A stretch of DNA of 48,509 bases from a virus (IMGVR_UViG_3300045779_000011:1-48509); one strand, 5' to 3'; positions 1-10,770 are shown, numbered from the stretch's first letter. Numbers and translations are program-made. Notes: generated by a model from the letters alone, not told the origin.

Positions 1-2
1 GA

Positions 3-1589
3 GGACTGTTCCGTAATATCCTTGCTGCGGGCCTGATGGGTGCGGGAGGTATTGGACCCCTCCACGGAGAGCATACGTTTGCCCAGGGGCTGATGGCGGG
101 GGCTGGCGCGGGTATTAAAGAATCTCGGGACATGGCAGAGAAGCAAGACGCCGCCCGTAGAGATCAGGCCCAGAAGAACTATGAGAACCAGCTTAAGGCC
201 AACAAAGAGAAAAGGGAAGATCAGCAGCTAAGTATGCAACAGCAATTAAACGATGTTACTGTTCAGGAATACATTAACCGAAGTGCGATTTCGAAGTTTC
301 AACTAGCTCAAGCGTACGGAGAAAAAGACCTTACAGCAGTAAAGCACATTGTTGAGCAAGATAACGATAAATTGCATCTCTTTAGACAGGCAGGAGCTAT
401 TCCTTTTTCTAAGAACATTGGTGGAACTTCTAAGGATACTTTTAATCCAGAAGAGTATCAGAGCATTGTAGCTGATCCTTCTGTAAAAACAGCGGGGTAT
501 GTCCCTATAACTGTTGGTTGGGATAAAGATAACAGGCCTCTCATTCAACTTTTCCCTCCAGAAGTTACCTTAACTAAAGACGTAATTCAAACTCTTCAGT
601 CTAAATTCGGAAGAGACGTAAATATAGAGAAGGATCTTAACGTAAGAGAAGGCCAAAAATTGGAACCGTCTAAATTAGTGAATCTGTTAAACAGGGGGGA
701 TGCCACCCAAAACCAGAGAGAGATGTCTGATAAAATACAACTAATAGAAGCTCAGACTATCGCAGCTAGGGCGGAATCTTTGGATAAGTCTTTAAACGCC
801 CAAAAAGCTAAACAGGATTTGAAAAAAGGATCCATAGAGTTGCAGGATTTCGAAGATCGGCATAACGGCTTCGAGATTCTTAGATCAATTGCCACAGGAA
901 CTCCTGTAGACTCAGGAAAAAAAGATAGTAAAGGGAAGCCTATCATGATTACTATTGCTCCGGACAATGTCAATGGGTTTAGCACTAGTTTTAAACTTTT
1001 AGGAGACAATCAAAAAAAATCTCTGTTTTCCGCCTATAGCGCGGAGGAGAGAGACAGTGAAAATGAACTCGATAAAGTAAAGACCATTAAAGGAGAAGCT
1101 TCTCCGGAGTATCAAAAAGAATTTGAGCATTTACAGACTATCCGGAATACTAGGAAACAACTTGGTCCAATAAGTGACAATGAAACAGGAGCACCCTCCG
1201 CCCCCCCTAATCCCCTAGACCCTTTGCAGTCTAAATATGTTTCGTCCTTGCCCGGAAAGCCTGGGAAGATTCTTCAAAGAGTTTTGACTTCGCAGCCCGA
1301 CATTCAACAGGCTAGGGTAGTTATCGCTGGTATTCCGATAACTAAAGACTTTACCGAAAAAAATAAACAAGATCTCCAAAAGTCTTTTGAGGATTACGTT
1401 AAAGAGTCTATTCCTGTGCGGGACCAGATGGCTTCAGAGAACAGGAGTAAATCGGAGGAAGACGAAAGACTTAAACGAGCAACGCAGCAAGCGATAGATG
1501 ATGCTAAAGAGACGGGGGAGCAAGAAAAAGCTTCGGAGCGCAGAAACACCCCTGCTTATACAAATTTCATGACTTCTATGCCGCAGTAA
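3..1589 (+). CDS. Probable internal virion / DNA ejection protein (5' partial)
   Basis: Frame is open from the window edge (GLFRNILAAGLMGAGG...). Gly/Ala-rich start followed by Gln/Lys/Glu coiled-coil; directly upstream of a 1886-aa protein. Function inferred from composition and context. Confidence 0.5.
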   Translation, partial: GLFRNILAAGLMGAGGIGPLHGEHTFAQGLMAGAGAGIKESRDMAEKQDAARRDQAQKNYENQLKANKEKREDQQLSMQQQLNDVTVQEYINRSAISKFQLAQAYGEKDLTAVKHIVEQDNDKLHLFRQAGAIPFSKNIGGTSKDTFNPEEYQSIVADPSVKTAGYVPITVGWDKDNRPLIQLFPPEVTLTKDVIQTLQSKFGRDVNIEKDLNVREGQKLEPSKLVNLLNRGDATQNQREMSDKIQLIEAQTIAARAESLDKSLNAQKAKQDLKKGSIELQDFEDRHNGFEILRSIATGTPVDSGKKDSKGKPIMITIAPDNVNGFSTSFKLLGDNQKKSLFSAYSAEERDSENELDKVKTIKGEASPEYQKEFEHLQTIRNTRKQLGPISDNETGAPSAPPNPLDPLQSKYVSSLPGKPGKILQRVLTSQPDIQQARVVIAGIPITKDFTEKNKQDLQKSFEDYVKESIPVRDQMASENRSKSEEDERLKRATQQAIDDAKETGEQEKASERRNTPAYTNFMTSMPQ

Positions 1590-1600
1590 CTTAGGACTTT

Positions 1601-4600
1601 ATGGCCGACTCTGTTGACGATTATCTGAACTCTGCACTAAAAACCCCAACCTCTTCTGCTAGAGAAGAGGTTCAGACTAGTGTCTCCCCTTCCCTCTCCC
1701 CTTCCCAGAATTCCGGAGGTTCCGTTGACGATTATCTGAACTCGGCACTATCCCCAAAACAAAATTCTCCCGTTTCCAATCCGGAAAATGGAAATCCTAA
1801 CCCAGAGGCTCACGATGAGTCCGATAGGTTTACTCAAGATGACCCTAATGACAACTGGCTAGAAAAAGGCTGGCACACTGCTAATAAACCTCTTACTGAG
1901 TCTCTGCTTGGTTGGGGCCAATATAGACAAGGTGCAGGGGGATTAGAGAGAGGGGTGGAAAAGGTATTATCTGGACTTACCTCTCCTCTTAGCTTGGTAA
2001 CTATGGCCGCTTTCGCCCCTGCGGGTATTGTAGGAAGTGTTGGTGGTAGCCTCCTCAAAGAAGGTTTGATGGAGGAGGGCGGAGCTATCCTCGGAGAGGC
2101 TATGGATGCTGCTAATGCCGGAGCTACTGTAGAAAAATATGCCGGGGCGGTGTCCGCCGCAACAAAGGCTAGAGTAGCTGGACAGAGCATCAATGAAGCT
2201 GTAACAAATGCGGGTATGACCCCTACTAATTTCGAAAAAATGGGAGAGTTCCTAAGAAGTAATGGGTTACAGGAGTCGGATCTTCTTAAAGAGGGAACCG
2301 TTCGAAGAGTGGCCGCACAGGGCTTGTACAAAGCCGGGATGTCTGCACAGGGGGCCGTATCTATAGCTAAAGGTGCCGAGACTCTAGTTAATGCGGGGTT
2401 CGCTGCACAGCAGATTCAAGGGGCCGTATACTCTCTCCCCCGTTTTGCTGATCTAATGGAACATGGACAGTATGATGAAGCCTCTGAGTACCTAGTTACT
2501 GGTGGGGCCTCCGCTTTGTTTGGTGCTCTCGGAGCCGCACACTCATTAAAGAGTATTGACACTTTAGTTCCAGGATTGAACGAAAAGAACAACCTGCCTT
2601 TGACCCAAGGCACCCAGAATATAATGAACGTGGTCAAGGCCCGGGACGCGGCAATGAATGCGGGCGTGGTAAAGTTCAATACTCTGAGCAAGGCTCTACA
2701 GAGAAGTATGTTTAATCTTGCGGGGGTTGAAGTTCCTGAATCTTTGCAAGAAGACGGGACATTTCTAGGGGCAGTTGGCGGGTCAATAAAGAACGTCGTA
2801 GACAAAGTTCTGCATAAGAATCCGGTAGACTCTCCTGAACTCGCGGCTACCCGAAAGGTTGTAAACTTCTTTATGCAGGCCGGTGGAGATACTAACCGAC
2901 TGTTTCAAGAAGGTCGCGCCCTTGCCGAAGCAATGGGTGAACAGGATAAGTGGGATGAGTTTACCAAAGACTACGCCCGCCCTACCCGTACCGTAGACCA
3001 CATTGTAGACGATCAGAAGTCTGATTATCTACTTACCAAACGCGCTATTGAAACGAGACAAGACCAAATAAAAGAACTCCAAGACAGGGTATCTGAAACC
3101 TCGGCGAGTCTTAAGAGAGCTTCGAGTCCTAGCAGTATAGCGTCTCTATCAGCGTCTTTAAGCGATTTTAGTACCCGTTTACAGGAGGCTCAGAAATTCC
3201 AAGAAGCTAACGAGGTCAAACTCGAAGGTCTCAAGAAATGGGAAGGTAGCCCCGAAGAAGCTCTAAAGGCACACCACCAGGAGTTAGTTAAAACTTTTTA
3301 TGAAATGAGAGCGAAGCAACTTCCGACAGAACCTAGTCCGGAAAGCGGAACGGCTCTAGACGAGTTTAACACCCGAGCAAATGTTATGGGTCACGCCGCC
3401 CATGACGCTCAGGTTATTCAGGAAGCGCACCCTGAGTGGTTTGAAGGGTCACAAGGCATAATCAAAGGATACCACGGTACTCCCGCTAAGTTCGAAGGTA
3501 TGCCAGATGCCGCCGGTCTCGGGACGCACGTTACTCCGGATAAGGCTCTAGCCGAAAGATTTGCTAACGAGAGCGGTGAATACGCCAAGTCGGGTAGGGA
3601 GCCTGGGCGAGTTATAGAAATGAATCTCGGGCTAAAGAACCCTCTCAGGATAGAGGACCACGGATTTCCTCACTCTAATGCTATAGCTACTATTACTGAT
3701 TTTGAAAAACAAGGAGTTATTCCGAAAGACCTTTTAGGGACGAAAGAAGAGATCACTAAGAGAATCACAGATAGGGCTGTAGAAATTTATGGAGGTCCTG
3801 AAGGTCTTAAGGGTATGAACAAAAAAGAACTGGGAGACACCCTTACAAGGTCCTACCAACAGGCGCATAATGAAGAATTAATTAAGGTAAAAGAATACCT
3901 AAAGTCAAAAGGATACGACGGTCTAGTTTATAAAAACGAACTAGAAAATGGGGGAAAGGATAACTACGTAGTCTTTGATAGAAATCAAATGCATGAACCT
4001 ATCAAAACTATCCCCACGGAAGACTTAGAAGGCTACGTAGGAAAGAACCAACCTACCTGGGAAGAAGGCCCCCGCCATCCAAAGCTTCCTGATGACTTGG
4101 AAGAGATGGTAGAAAAGTCTAAAGGCGTGTTTGCTAAAATGAAAGCAGACCACCCCGAAGAGTATCAACACCGTCTCGACATCCTTAAGGGGTATGCAGA
4201 CGCGGCCCGGGGTGTCTCTCCTGAAGTCCAGGCAATTGTAGATAGGCTCCGCCAAGCAGATGACGATATTTGGTCTGCTGGTAGTAATAACGATCTTATC
4301 CACGGATATATAGAGAATCACTTGTTCCGCCAATGGGGGGATGATACTAAAGTAGGTAATGTTCTCCGGACGGAAGCTAAAGCAGGGAACTTCGCTACTA
4401 ATGTAATTCAGGCCCGCCACAGATTTTATCAGATCCCTCTCGAAGGGTTCCTTTCCGGAAAGCGTATGCTTAACTACGATCCGGTTGAGGCTGTACGTAA
4501 GAACGGAATATGGGTAGCCGAGGCCGCAGCAAACAGAAAAGTAGTAGACGCCTTCCTAAAGTCCGATCTCAGAACCCCTCGTGGGATGCCTTTGTTTATC

Positions 4601-7261
4601 CTCAAAGGTTCTGGCTCTGTTCCTCCGGGGGTAGACGGACAATCTTCTGCTGTTCTTATTAATCCAGACAAGGTTCGCAGTGTTCTAATTAAGCCAGAGG
4701 AGCTACAAACTCTGAAAGCTAACGGGACTCTGGATCAACTGCTACAGACAAGAGAAATTGTAAACCTCACTCCTCAGGTTTCTTTGGATAGTATTCCGGA
4801 ATGGATTAATTCTACTAAAAAACAACTCTTCAAAATGGAGCAATCTAACCAACTTCTGGGTGAAGGAACGCAAGCTATAAAACGCCACAGAGAAGCTTGG
4901 GGCCAACTCGGAACTTTCGTTAAGGAGAAGGCAGGAAGGTCTGCTAAATTTATTCGTAGTGAACTCGAAGCCGCAAAGCGGAATAACGGAGTTCCTACAC
5001 GAACGGATCTTCCTGCTGATGTAGCTCTCGGAAACTATGCTACCAAACTTCTCACCTCTGGTGAAAGGCTTCGACCCCGTGCGATCCAAGACCTCGAAGC
5101 CTTGGCGGAACGGTTTGAAACTCAGGCGGAAGGAGCTAGCTCTAGTAGACTTTGGGACGATCCTAAAGAAGGAAGTATTCGTCCTTCCGAGGTTAGCTCC
5201 CTATTGCGATTGAACCAGAAGTTCCTTCCCCCAGAACTCAAAGCGTACTTAGACGAGCAGCACGATAAGCTAGTACACGATGATAAGGGGGGACCTGTAC
5301 GTGAACAGGATGGTAGCTGGGGAGCAAAGGGGCTAACCAAGACCATGAGAGCGGTAGAGGATGCTGCTAACAATGCCCGCCACTCCCAACTCACTCTCGA
5401 TTTACTGGACCTACAGAAAATTGATAATGAGTATAGCTCAATAAACCCAATTACACAAGCCAATAACCGGCCAGCAGCAGAAGACCTCTTAAAGGAAATA
5501 AACTCCCGCCAGCCCGAAAGATATCAGTTCTCCCCTAAACCTGGAGACTATAAAGAAATCGACCACCCAGCATTTCAAAACTGGAACTGGATGGCCGCCG
5601 CTCCGGATGGGTCACCCATATTGGCTAAGAGTGGTGTTATGGTGGATAAGAGTATCCACGCATACATTGTTAATAGACTAGGACTAGAAGGGTCTGCTCT
5701 TCGTAAGTCGGAAGGTATTGGAAAACTAGCTGCGCCTATCTTAGGTGCTGGATCACAAGCAAAATCTTTACTCTTGAGCGGTTCGCCTTTCCACATCATT
5801 CAGGAAATGCTTCGCGGAGTTATGCTTGGAGTTAATCCTTTTGTTCGCCCTAACACCGTTGCCGATCTTTCGGTAGCTTATAAGACTGTGCGCGGAGACC
5901 TGCCTATTTATAAACTTGCCGCAAGAAATGGTTTTGATTTTACTGCGAGTAAAGAAAGAATGGGGTATACTGAAGGACTTGCCTCTCACTCGAAATTAGT
6001 CTCTAAGATTCCTATCTGGGGACCCGTTTCGGACGAGATTCATAGTTTCCTCTTTGATAGGATGATCCCCGGACTTAAGGCTTCCGGTTTCCGGAAAATG
6101 TTTGACCAGTATGCAGAGGCGCATCCGGACTGGACCGACGACGCCGTAGCTGAACACGCTGCAAAACATGTTAACAACGCCTTTGGTGGACAGAACTGGA
6201 GAGAGATGGGTCGGTCTGCTACTACTCAGGACTGGTTTAATCTTGTTGCTTTGGCCCCTGACTGGCTCGAATCTGAAATGCGGTTTGCGTCGGGTATCAT
6301 GAACAACGCCGGTCTAGGTGCCGGTAAGTATAAAGAAGAGGAAGGTAAGAACTTTTCCCGCCAGCAAGTAGCTACTATGGCTGCGGGTATATATGTTACC
6401 GCCCGAGTGCTTAATGGGCTTTATTCTGGGGACCCTCACTACGATACCCCTTTTGGCCTTGCCGCTAAAGACAAGGATGGGCGTACTATTGAGTTCGGAG
6501 TGAGAACCCTGCCCGGAGACATCCTCCACATGAGTTCGGATCCGTGGGGCTTCATCACGGGACGCGAGAGTCCCTTCCTTCGTATGGGGCAGGAACTTGT
6601 AACAGGAAGAAACCAATTTGGACAGAAGCTTACAGACGGAGAAAAGTTTGTAGACGCCGCTTCTCAGTTTGCGCCTATCCCTGGACAATCTATTTTAAAG
6701 AAAGTAACGGGTCTAGCTACAGGAACAGACGTGGGTATGGGAGAACAGATAGCTAAAGCCGCTGGTGCAACTGCGTCCGTAAATCGGACTCCTGCTCAGC
6801 AAAAAGCCGCTAATCTTGCTGCGGAAAGAAGTGAATCCGGAGCTATGACTCCACAGAAAGTCGCCCACCACCGGGTCGTCATGAAACTGGAGGATGACCT
6901 TCGTTCTGGAAGAATCACAAACAAAGACCTAACAGACATGGCGGATTACGGGTCGCTGTCCGCTGACGATGCTAAGGCAGTGTTAAAGAACGTTAAGGAC
7001 ACCGTAGGTCTAGATCCAGAAGCGGCAAAGATGTATAGCAGAGTCAGTCGTCTTGATTTATCGTCTGCCTATGATATTTATGATACGGCGAACCCTAGTG
7101 AAAAAGCTGCTTTACATAAACTGGTTCTTAAGAAGGCTCAAGAGTATATAAAAAAATCTAGAACTTCTATGACAGGACAAGAGCGTGCCCAAGACCCTCT
7201 ATTCGCCCGAGCACGAAGAGCGATAGACTTAGATGAAGCACAAAGAGAAAACAAGGAATAA
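1601..7261 (+). CDS. Large internal virion/ejection (polyvalent-type) protein with ADP-ribosyltransferase-like domain
   Basis: 1886 aa, AGGA RBS, Ala/Gly-rich helical. Segment ~3467-3995 reads YHGT...GLGTHVT..ALAERFA...GRVIEMNLGLKNPL...KGYDGLVY...YVVFDRNQM, the ART-PolyVal-like pattern. Confidence 0.65.
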   Translation: MADSVDDYLNSALKTPTSSAREEVQTSVSPSLSPSQNSGGSVDDYLNSALSPKQNSPVSNPENGNPNPEAHDESDRFTQDDPNDNWLEKGWHTANKPLTESLLGWGQYRQGAGGLERGVEKVLSGLTSPLSLVTMAAFAPAGIVGSVGGSLLKEGLMEEGGAILGEAMDAANAGATVEKYAGAVSAATKARVAGQSINEAVTNAGMTPTNFEKMGEFLRSNGLQESDLLKEGTVRRVAAQGLYKAGMSAQGAVSIAKGAETLVNAGFAAQQIQGAVYSLPRFADLMEHGQYDEASEYLVTGGASALFGALGAAHSLKSIDTLVPGLNEKNNLPLTQGTQNIMNVVKARDAAMNAGVVKFNTLSKALQRSMFNLAGVEVPESLQEDGTFLGAVGGSIKNVVDKVLHKNPVDSPELAATRKVVNFFMQAGGDTNRLFQEGRALAEAMGEQDKWDEFTKDYARPTRTVDHIVDDQKSDYLLTKRAIETRQDQIKELQDRVSETSASLKRASSPSSIASLSASLSDFSTRLQEAQKFQEANEVKLEGLKKWEGSPEEALKAHHQELVKTFYEMRAKQLPTEPSPESGTALDEFNTRANVMGHAAHDAQVIQEAHPEWFEGSQGIIKGYHGTPAKFEGMPDAAGLGTHVTPDKALAERFANESGEYAKSGREPGRVIEMNLGLKNPLRIEDHGFPHSNAIATITDFEKQGVIPKDLLGTKEEITKRITDRAVEIYGGPEGLKGMNKKELGDTLTRSYQQAHNEELIKVKEYLKSKGYDGLVYKNELENGGKDNYVVFDRNQMHEPIKTIPTEDLEGYVGKNQPTWEEGPRHPKLPDDLEEMVEKSKGVFAKMKADHPEEYQHRLDILKGYADAARGVSPEVQAIVDRLRQADDDIWSAGSNNDLIHGYIENHLFRQWGDDTKVGNVLRTEAKAGNFATNVIQARHRFYQIPLEGFLSGKRMLNYDPVEAVRKNGIWVAEAAANRKVVDAFLKSDLRTPRGMPLFILKGSGSVPPGVDGQSSAVLINPDKVRSVLIKPEELQTLKANGTLDQLLQTREIVNLTPQVSLDSIPEWINSTKKQLFKMEQSNQLLGEGTQAIKRHREAWGQLGTFVKEKAGRSAKFIRSELEAAKRNNGVPTRTDLPADVALGNYATKLLTSGERLRPRAIQDLEALAERFETQAEGASSSRLWDDPKEGSIRPSEVSSLLRLNQKFLPPELKAYLDEQHDKLVHDDKGGPVREQDGSWGAKGLTKTMRAVEDAANNARHSQLTLDLLDLQKIDNEYSSINPITQANNRPAAEDLLKEINSRQPERYQFSPKPGDYKEIDHPAFQNWNWMAAAPDGSPILAKSGVMVDKSIHAYIVNRLGLEGSALRKSEGIGKLAAPILGAGSQAKSLLLSGSPFHIIQEMLRGVMLGVNPFVRPNTVADLSVAYKTVRGDLPIYKLAARNGFDFTASKERMGYTEGLASHSKLVSKIPIWGPVSDEIHSFLFDRMIPGLKASGFRKMFDQYAEAHPDWTDDAVAEHAAKHVNNAFGGQNWREMGRSATTQDWFNLVALAPDWLESEMRFASGIMNNAGLGAGKYKEEEGKNFSRQQVATMAAGIYVTARVLNGLYSGDPHYDTPFGLAAKDKDGRTIEFGVRTLPGDILHMSSDPWGFITGRESPFLRMGQELVTGRNQFGQKLTDGEKFVDAASQFAPIPGQSILKKVTGLATGTDVGMGEQIAKAAGATASVNRTPAQQKAANLAAERSESGAMTPQKVAHHRVVMKLEDDLRSGRITNKDLTDMADYGSLSADDAKAVLKNVKDTVGLDPEAAKMYSRVSRLDLSSAYDIYDTANPSEKAALHKLVLKKAQEYIKKSRTSMTGQERAQDPLFARARRAIDLDEAQRENKE
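1610..1750 (+). repeat. 30-bp direct repeat encoding SVDDYLNSAL twice
   Basis: Copies at 1610-1639 and 1721-1750; exact 20-bp core GTTGACGATTATCTGAACTC. Confidence 0.9.
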
Positions 7262-7292
7262 AAAAGCCCCTCGTGAGAGGGGCTTAGTTTTT
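7261..7292. terminator. Bidirectional rho-independent terminator
   Basis: AAGCCCCTC-GTGA-GAGGGGCTT stem-loop with an A-tract before and a T-tract after, between convergent genes. Confidence 0.9.
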
Positions 7293-7324
7293 GGTCTAGA
7301 AACAGTTTTAGAGATGTACCTGTG

Positions 7325-9847
7325 TTATCCACATTTAGAACTCCCGCAGTCCTGACATTTAGAGCAGCCTTCGCTGTAAATCAGTTTAGTAGATTTACAA
7401 TTCGAACAGATACCTTTAACTTTCTCCCCGTCCTTAATATAGGAGGACAGAAATTTCTTTATTTGAAAAAGGAAACTGCCTACAAATACCTCATCTACTT
7501 TATCAAGTTCTGAAACAATGTTTACTACCTTGACTCCGTGCCTGAGCAAAAGGCTAATTGCTCGGGCGATTTTGTCTGAGTTACTATCTGGACTGCATTT
7601 TTCTCTTGTGGACTTTATATACTCTTCTGGTATTCCTTTGTGTACCGCCAGCGCAAATAGTTTATCCAAAGCGTCTGAAGTAGTTACATTCTTTTCTGCA
7701 TGATTAGTCCTTACAAAGAGAGCAAAAGGTTTCTTATCTTGGGTGACTACTGTTAAGTACCACTTTCTGTTTTCAGCCCGAAGAACTTTTACCACAGCTT
7801 CGCTAGAATCCGGTAGCTTCACGTCTTGAAGAATAATCTCGTCTTCTTCTATTACTGAGAGAACGTTTGCCATTGTTCCTGCTCGGTAGGTAGTAATACC
7901 CTTTATACACCCAGTATCGTAGGCATCGAGATAGATTCTCTGAAACTTTTCAAAAGGGTAGTTATTAGGAATATTAACTGTCTTGCTTACCGATGAGTCG
8001 CAGTATTTGGCAAACCCTTTTAGGTCCTCGACGTGCTCTTCTACCGTAAGGCTTTGAGCGGTAACGGCCCACTCGGCTTCTGGATTCCATTCCCCTTTTT
8101 GCTTGAGATACCAAACTCCATAGTCCTCGCATAAGGTTTCTTTCAGGAGTCCCCGATTCTTATCAATTTTGTATAGGGTTCCGTTTACTTCTCCTCGGAG
8201 AAGACTCTCGTCGCCCTCTTTAACAAACTTGAAAATATCTGTTTCATGGAACTCTCCTTCCGAAAAGTCTGGGATCAATCCTTTTAATTCGTCTGGAGGA
8301 GTTTGGATAATTGAGGTTCTGATATACTCAGGAGAAAAGCACGGCTCGCATCCCCCGGTAATCAGGTTAGATAGCACACTACTGTTTCCGTTAGGTTGAA
8401 TAGAAAACAGACTAGAGTTTCGAATTCCGTATTCTCTAAGGTCCTTTAATACCTCTTTTGAAAGACCGATACTTGTCCAGTAAGGGGACATCTGGTGGAG
8501 GAAGGGGTCACAATAAGAAAATTTTCCTTTTTCCCTAGCGATTTCGATACTAGATTTTATTACAGCGGTTGTAAAGGATTTCATAACCTCTTCCCGCAGA
8601 ACCTCTGCCTCCTTTGACCCAAACCGAGTCTTAACCATGTAGAGAGAGGATCCCCACCCCATGACTCCGCAGCCAATTCTACGCTTGTTCTCCATAGAGT
8701 GTTTGTACTCAGACAGGGGAGCAGCGGAATAGGTATTAACATTATCCAAGAATCTGGCTAGGTATCCTGCGTACTTAGATATCTTCTTAAGATCGAAATC
8801 TTTTCCGCTCTTACTTATGAACTGAGTTAGATTAAGAGTTCCTAGACAGCACGCTCCTGCTGGGGCCAGAACTTGCTCCCCGCAGGGGTTTGTACTTCGA
8901 ATGGTTTCTCCCGGACGGTTTCCTTTCCAGTACCCGGAAAGAGGATTGAAGTAGTTGGCCCTATCCAGAAACAAAATTCCGGGTTCGTTTCTGTTGTAAG
9001 TAGCGCTAGTAATAAGGTTCCACAACCAATCTACAGAAACAGTATCATATACGGCAACTGGGTACCCTTTAGAAATCCACCGACGAAGATCTCCGTTCCA
9101 CTCTTCCTCATAATATTCACACTCAGTCTCCGGAAAACGGAGTTCCCATACTACCGAATCAATCTCTTCTTGGTCACAACCAGACTCCCTCATTACCTGC
9201 ACCTGCTTCACAAGACTCATAAAGTCGTCCGTACAGTTTACAGACATATTAAACTTGCAGAGTTTTCCTTGATTCTGTTTTGCAGTAATAAACTCTACTA
9301 CGCTGGGGTGCCAGACATCTATAACAGCCATCTGTGCTCCCTTACGGATCTTACCTTTCCCCTTATTCTTTTTTTCGATCCCTGATCCGGATGTAATAAT
9401 CTCGGAACTCTTATCAAACAACTCCATGAATTTTACGGGTCCCGGAGACTCTACTCCTAGAGTAGAAATATATCCGCCCCGAGGACGAAGAGCAGAAAAA
9501 TTATGACCCCACCCTCCTTCTGATTTTAATGTAAGAGACTGGTGCTTAAGTACTTCTAGAATACCTATCAAAGAGTCTGGTTGGGATATAGGCTCAGGAG
9601 AAACGAAACAATTAATCAGCGTTGCTTTATACTCTGTTCCAGCATTCGCGAGGATTCTTCCTCCGGGGAGTACCTTGAAATCTGTAAGCATATCATAAAA
9701 TTTTTCTTCCCACTCCTTACGCAGTTCTGGTTTTTCCACAGAAGAGATCGCCACGGCTACCCTGCGCCAAGTACCCTCAAGAGTCTCACCTTTATACCTG
9801 TAAGTGGTTTCCCACACTTCTTTGCTGAAATCGTTAGTGAACCCCAA
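7325..9847 (-). CDS. nrdJ: Class II (adenosylcobalamin-dependent) ribonucleotide reductase
   Basis: LPGGRILANAG, LINCFV, TNPCGEQ, IQPNG, GITTYR motifs; C-terminal CSNC..EGCSKCQDCGSSKC. No small-subunit gene in the window. Confidence 0.92.
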   Translation of the reverse strand: MGFTNDFSKEVWETTYRYKGETLEGTWRRVAVAISSVEKPELRKEWEEKFYDMLTDFKVLPGGRILANAGTEYKATLINCFVSPEPISQPDSLIGILEVLKHQSLTLKSEGGWGHNFSALRPRGGYISTLGVESPGPVKFMELFDKSSEIITSGSGIEKKNKGKGKIRKGAQMAVIDVWHPSVVEFITAKQNQGKLCKFNMSVNCTDDFMSLVKQVQVMRESGCDQEEIDSVVWELRFPETECEYYEEEWNGDLRRWISKGYPVAVYDTVSVDWLWNLITSATYNRNEPGILFLDRANYFNPLSGYWKGNRPGETIRSTNPCGEQVLAPAGACCLGTLNLTQFISKSGKDFDLKKISKYAGYLARFLDNVNTYSAAPLSEYKHSMENKRRIGCGVMGWGSSLYMVKTRFGSKEAEVLREEVMKSFTTAVIKSSIEIAREKGKFSYCDPFLHQMSPYWTSIGLSKEVLKDLREYGIRNSSLFSIQPNGNSSVLSNLITGGCEPCFSPEYIRTSIIQTPPDELKGLIPDFSEGEFHETDIFKFVKEGDESLLRGEVNGTLYKIDKNRGLLKETLCEDYGVWYLKQKGEWNPEAEWAVTAQSLTVEEHVEDLKGFAKYCDSSVSKTVNIPNNYPFEKFQRIYLDAYDTGCIKGITTYRAGTMANVLSVIEEDEIILQDVKLPDSSEAVVKVLRAENRKWYLTVVTQDKKPFALFVRTNHAEKNVTTSDALDKLFALAVHKGIPEEYIKSTREKCSPDSNSDKIARAISLLLRHGVKVVNIVSELDKVDEVFVGSFLFQIKKFLSSYIKDGEKVKGICSNCKSTKLIYSEGCSKCQDCGSSKCG

Positions 9848-9848
9848 T

Positions 9849-10223
9849 TTACGTTATCTCCTTGATATTAACACCACGTTTTGCTGCTACCATTGCGATA
9901 GCTGTTGTTTCTATTGCTTGTTCTACGTGAGGCATAAATTCATCTGTCTCGTGATTAGGTAGGCAGTAAAAGAACCTAAGATGTAAAAGTTCGTGGACCA
10001 CTGTAACTTCCATGTCTTTTACTGCGGTCCTTCCATCTTCCTCCATACACTCTGGGTGGAGGAATTCTATATACACAGAACCCTCCATAGGCTTGATGGT
10101 GCTACATGCGTAGTCGTCTGACTTGTATACGATCTCGCTATACAAATTCCAGTCGGTTAGACGGAGGGCTTTTTGCCAGTAAGATACGTAACCTTTGATA
10201 GTTTTCAGTAGTGGGTCGCTAAT
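9849..10223 (-). CDS. HEXXH zincin-like small protein; probable ATT start
   Basis: VVHELLH motif. Frame is open upstream of the called TTG (YWQKALRLTDWNL) to ATT at 10223, 6 nt after GGAGG. Confidence 0.6.
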   Translation of the reverse strand: MSDPLLKTIKGYVSYWQKALRLTDWNLYSEIVYKSDDYACSTIKPMEGSVYIEFLHPECMEEDGRTAVKDMEVTVVHELLHLRFFYCLPNHETDEFMPHVEQAIETTAIAMVAAKRGVNIKEIT

Positions 10224-10770
10224 TTTGGGCCTCCGTCAAAAGATAGTTAAGTAGTGCTCCCGCCTGGGCCTCCAGAAGTTTAGTCTGTCCCTTCTTTACT
10301 GTTAAGAAGTAGTCAGCCTCGATCTGGTAGGTACTGATTTCAGATACGTGGTTAGCATCTCTATCCTGTGAAATGTATTCTATTCCATCTCGGACTACTG
10401 CCTTTACCCGGATAATTGACCCTCTAAGGTTGTCAATGAACTCTGCTTCGTTTAAGAACCTTACGTTCGGAATAATTGCCACATCGGTCTTTTGTGTTAG
10501 TAAGTCTGAACGCAGTAGGTCTACCCAGTAGTCTTCATATTCCGCCCTACGAGACATACCTCTTTGTACCAAGAGTCCTACATCGTCTTTAAGGTCTTCC
10601 CTCATGTAAGACTTAGGAACTAGGCCATCTGCTTTCAGGTCTGCTAGTACATAGTCAGACAACTCGAAAATCCCGGCTGTTAGTCCCTTAGCTTCTGCGG
10701 CCCGGAGCAAACCCCGAGCCGCGCTGGACTTCCCACTACGCGCTCTACCCGTCAAGCCAATTAGGAGCAA
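10219..10770 (-). CDS. Deoxynucleoside monophosphate kinase
   Basis: IGLTGRARSGKS P-loop; IIPNVRFLNE and HVSE motifs of phage dNMP kinases. Confidence 0.85.
   Translation of the reverse strand: MLLIGLTGRARSGKSSAARGLLRAAEAKGLTAGIFELSDYVLADLKADGLVPKSYMREDLKDDVGLLVQRGMSRRAEYEDYWVDLLRSDLLTQKTDVAIIPNVRFLNEAEFIDNLRGSIIRVKAVVRDGIEYISQDRDANHVSEISTYQIEADYFLTVKKGQTKLLEAQAGALLNYLLTEAQN

Noticed and set aside
303-7332. Many short antisense ORFs over long genes (also 25101..25829 and others)
   Set aside because: Shadow ORFs without RBS or motifs.
7325-9847. Intein or intron in the RNR
   Set aside because: Motifs are continuous and no C...HN/[CST] signature was found.
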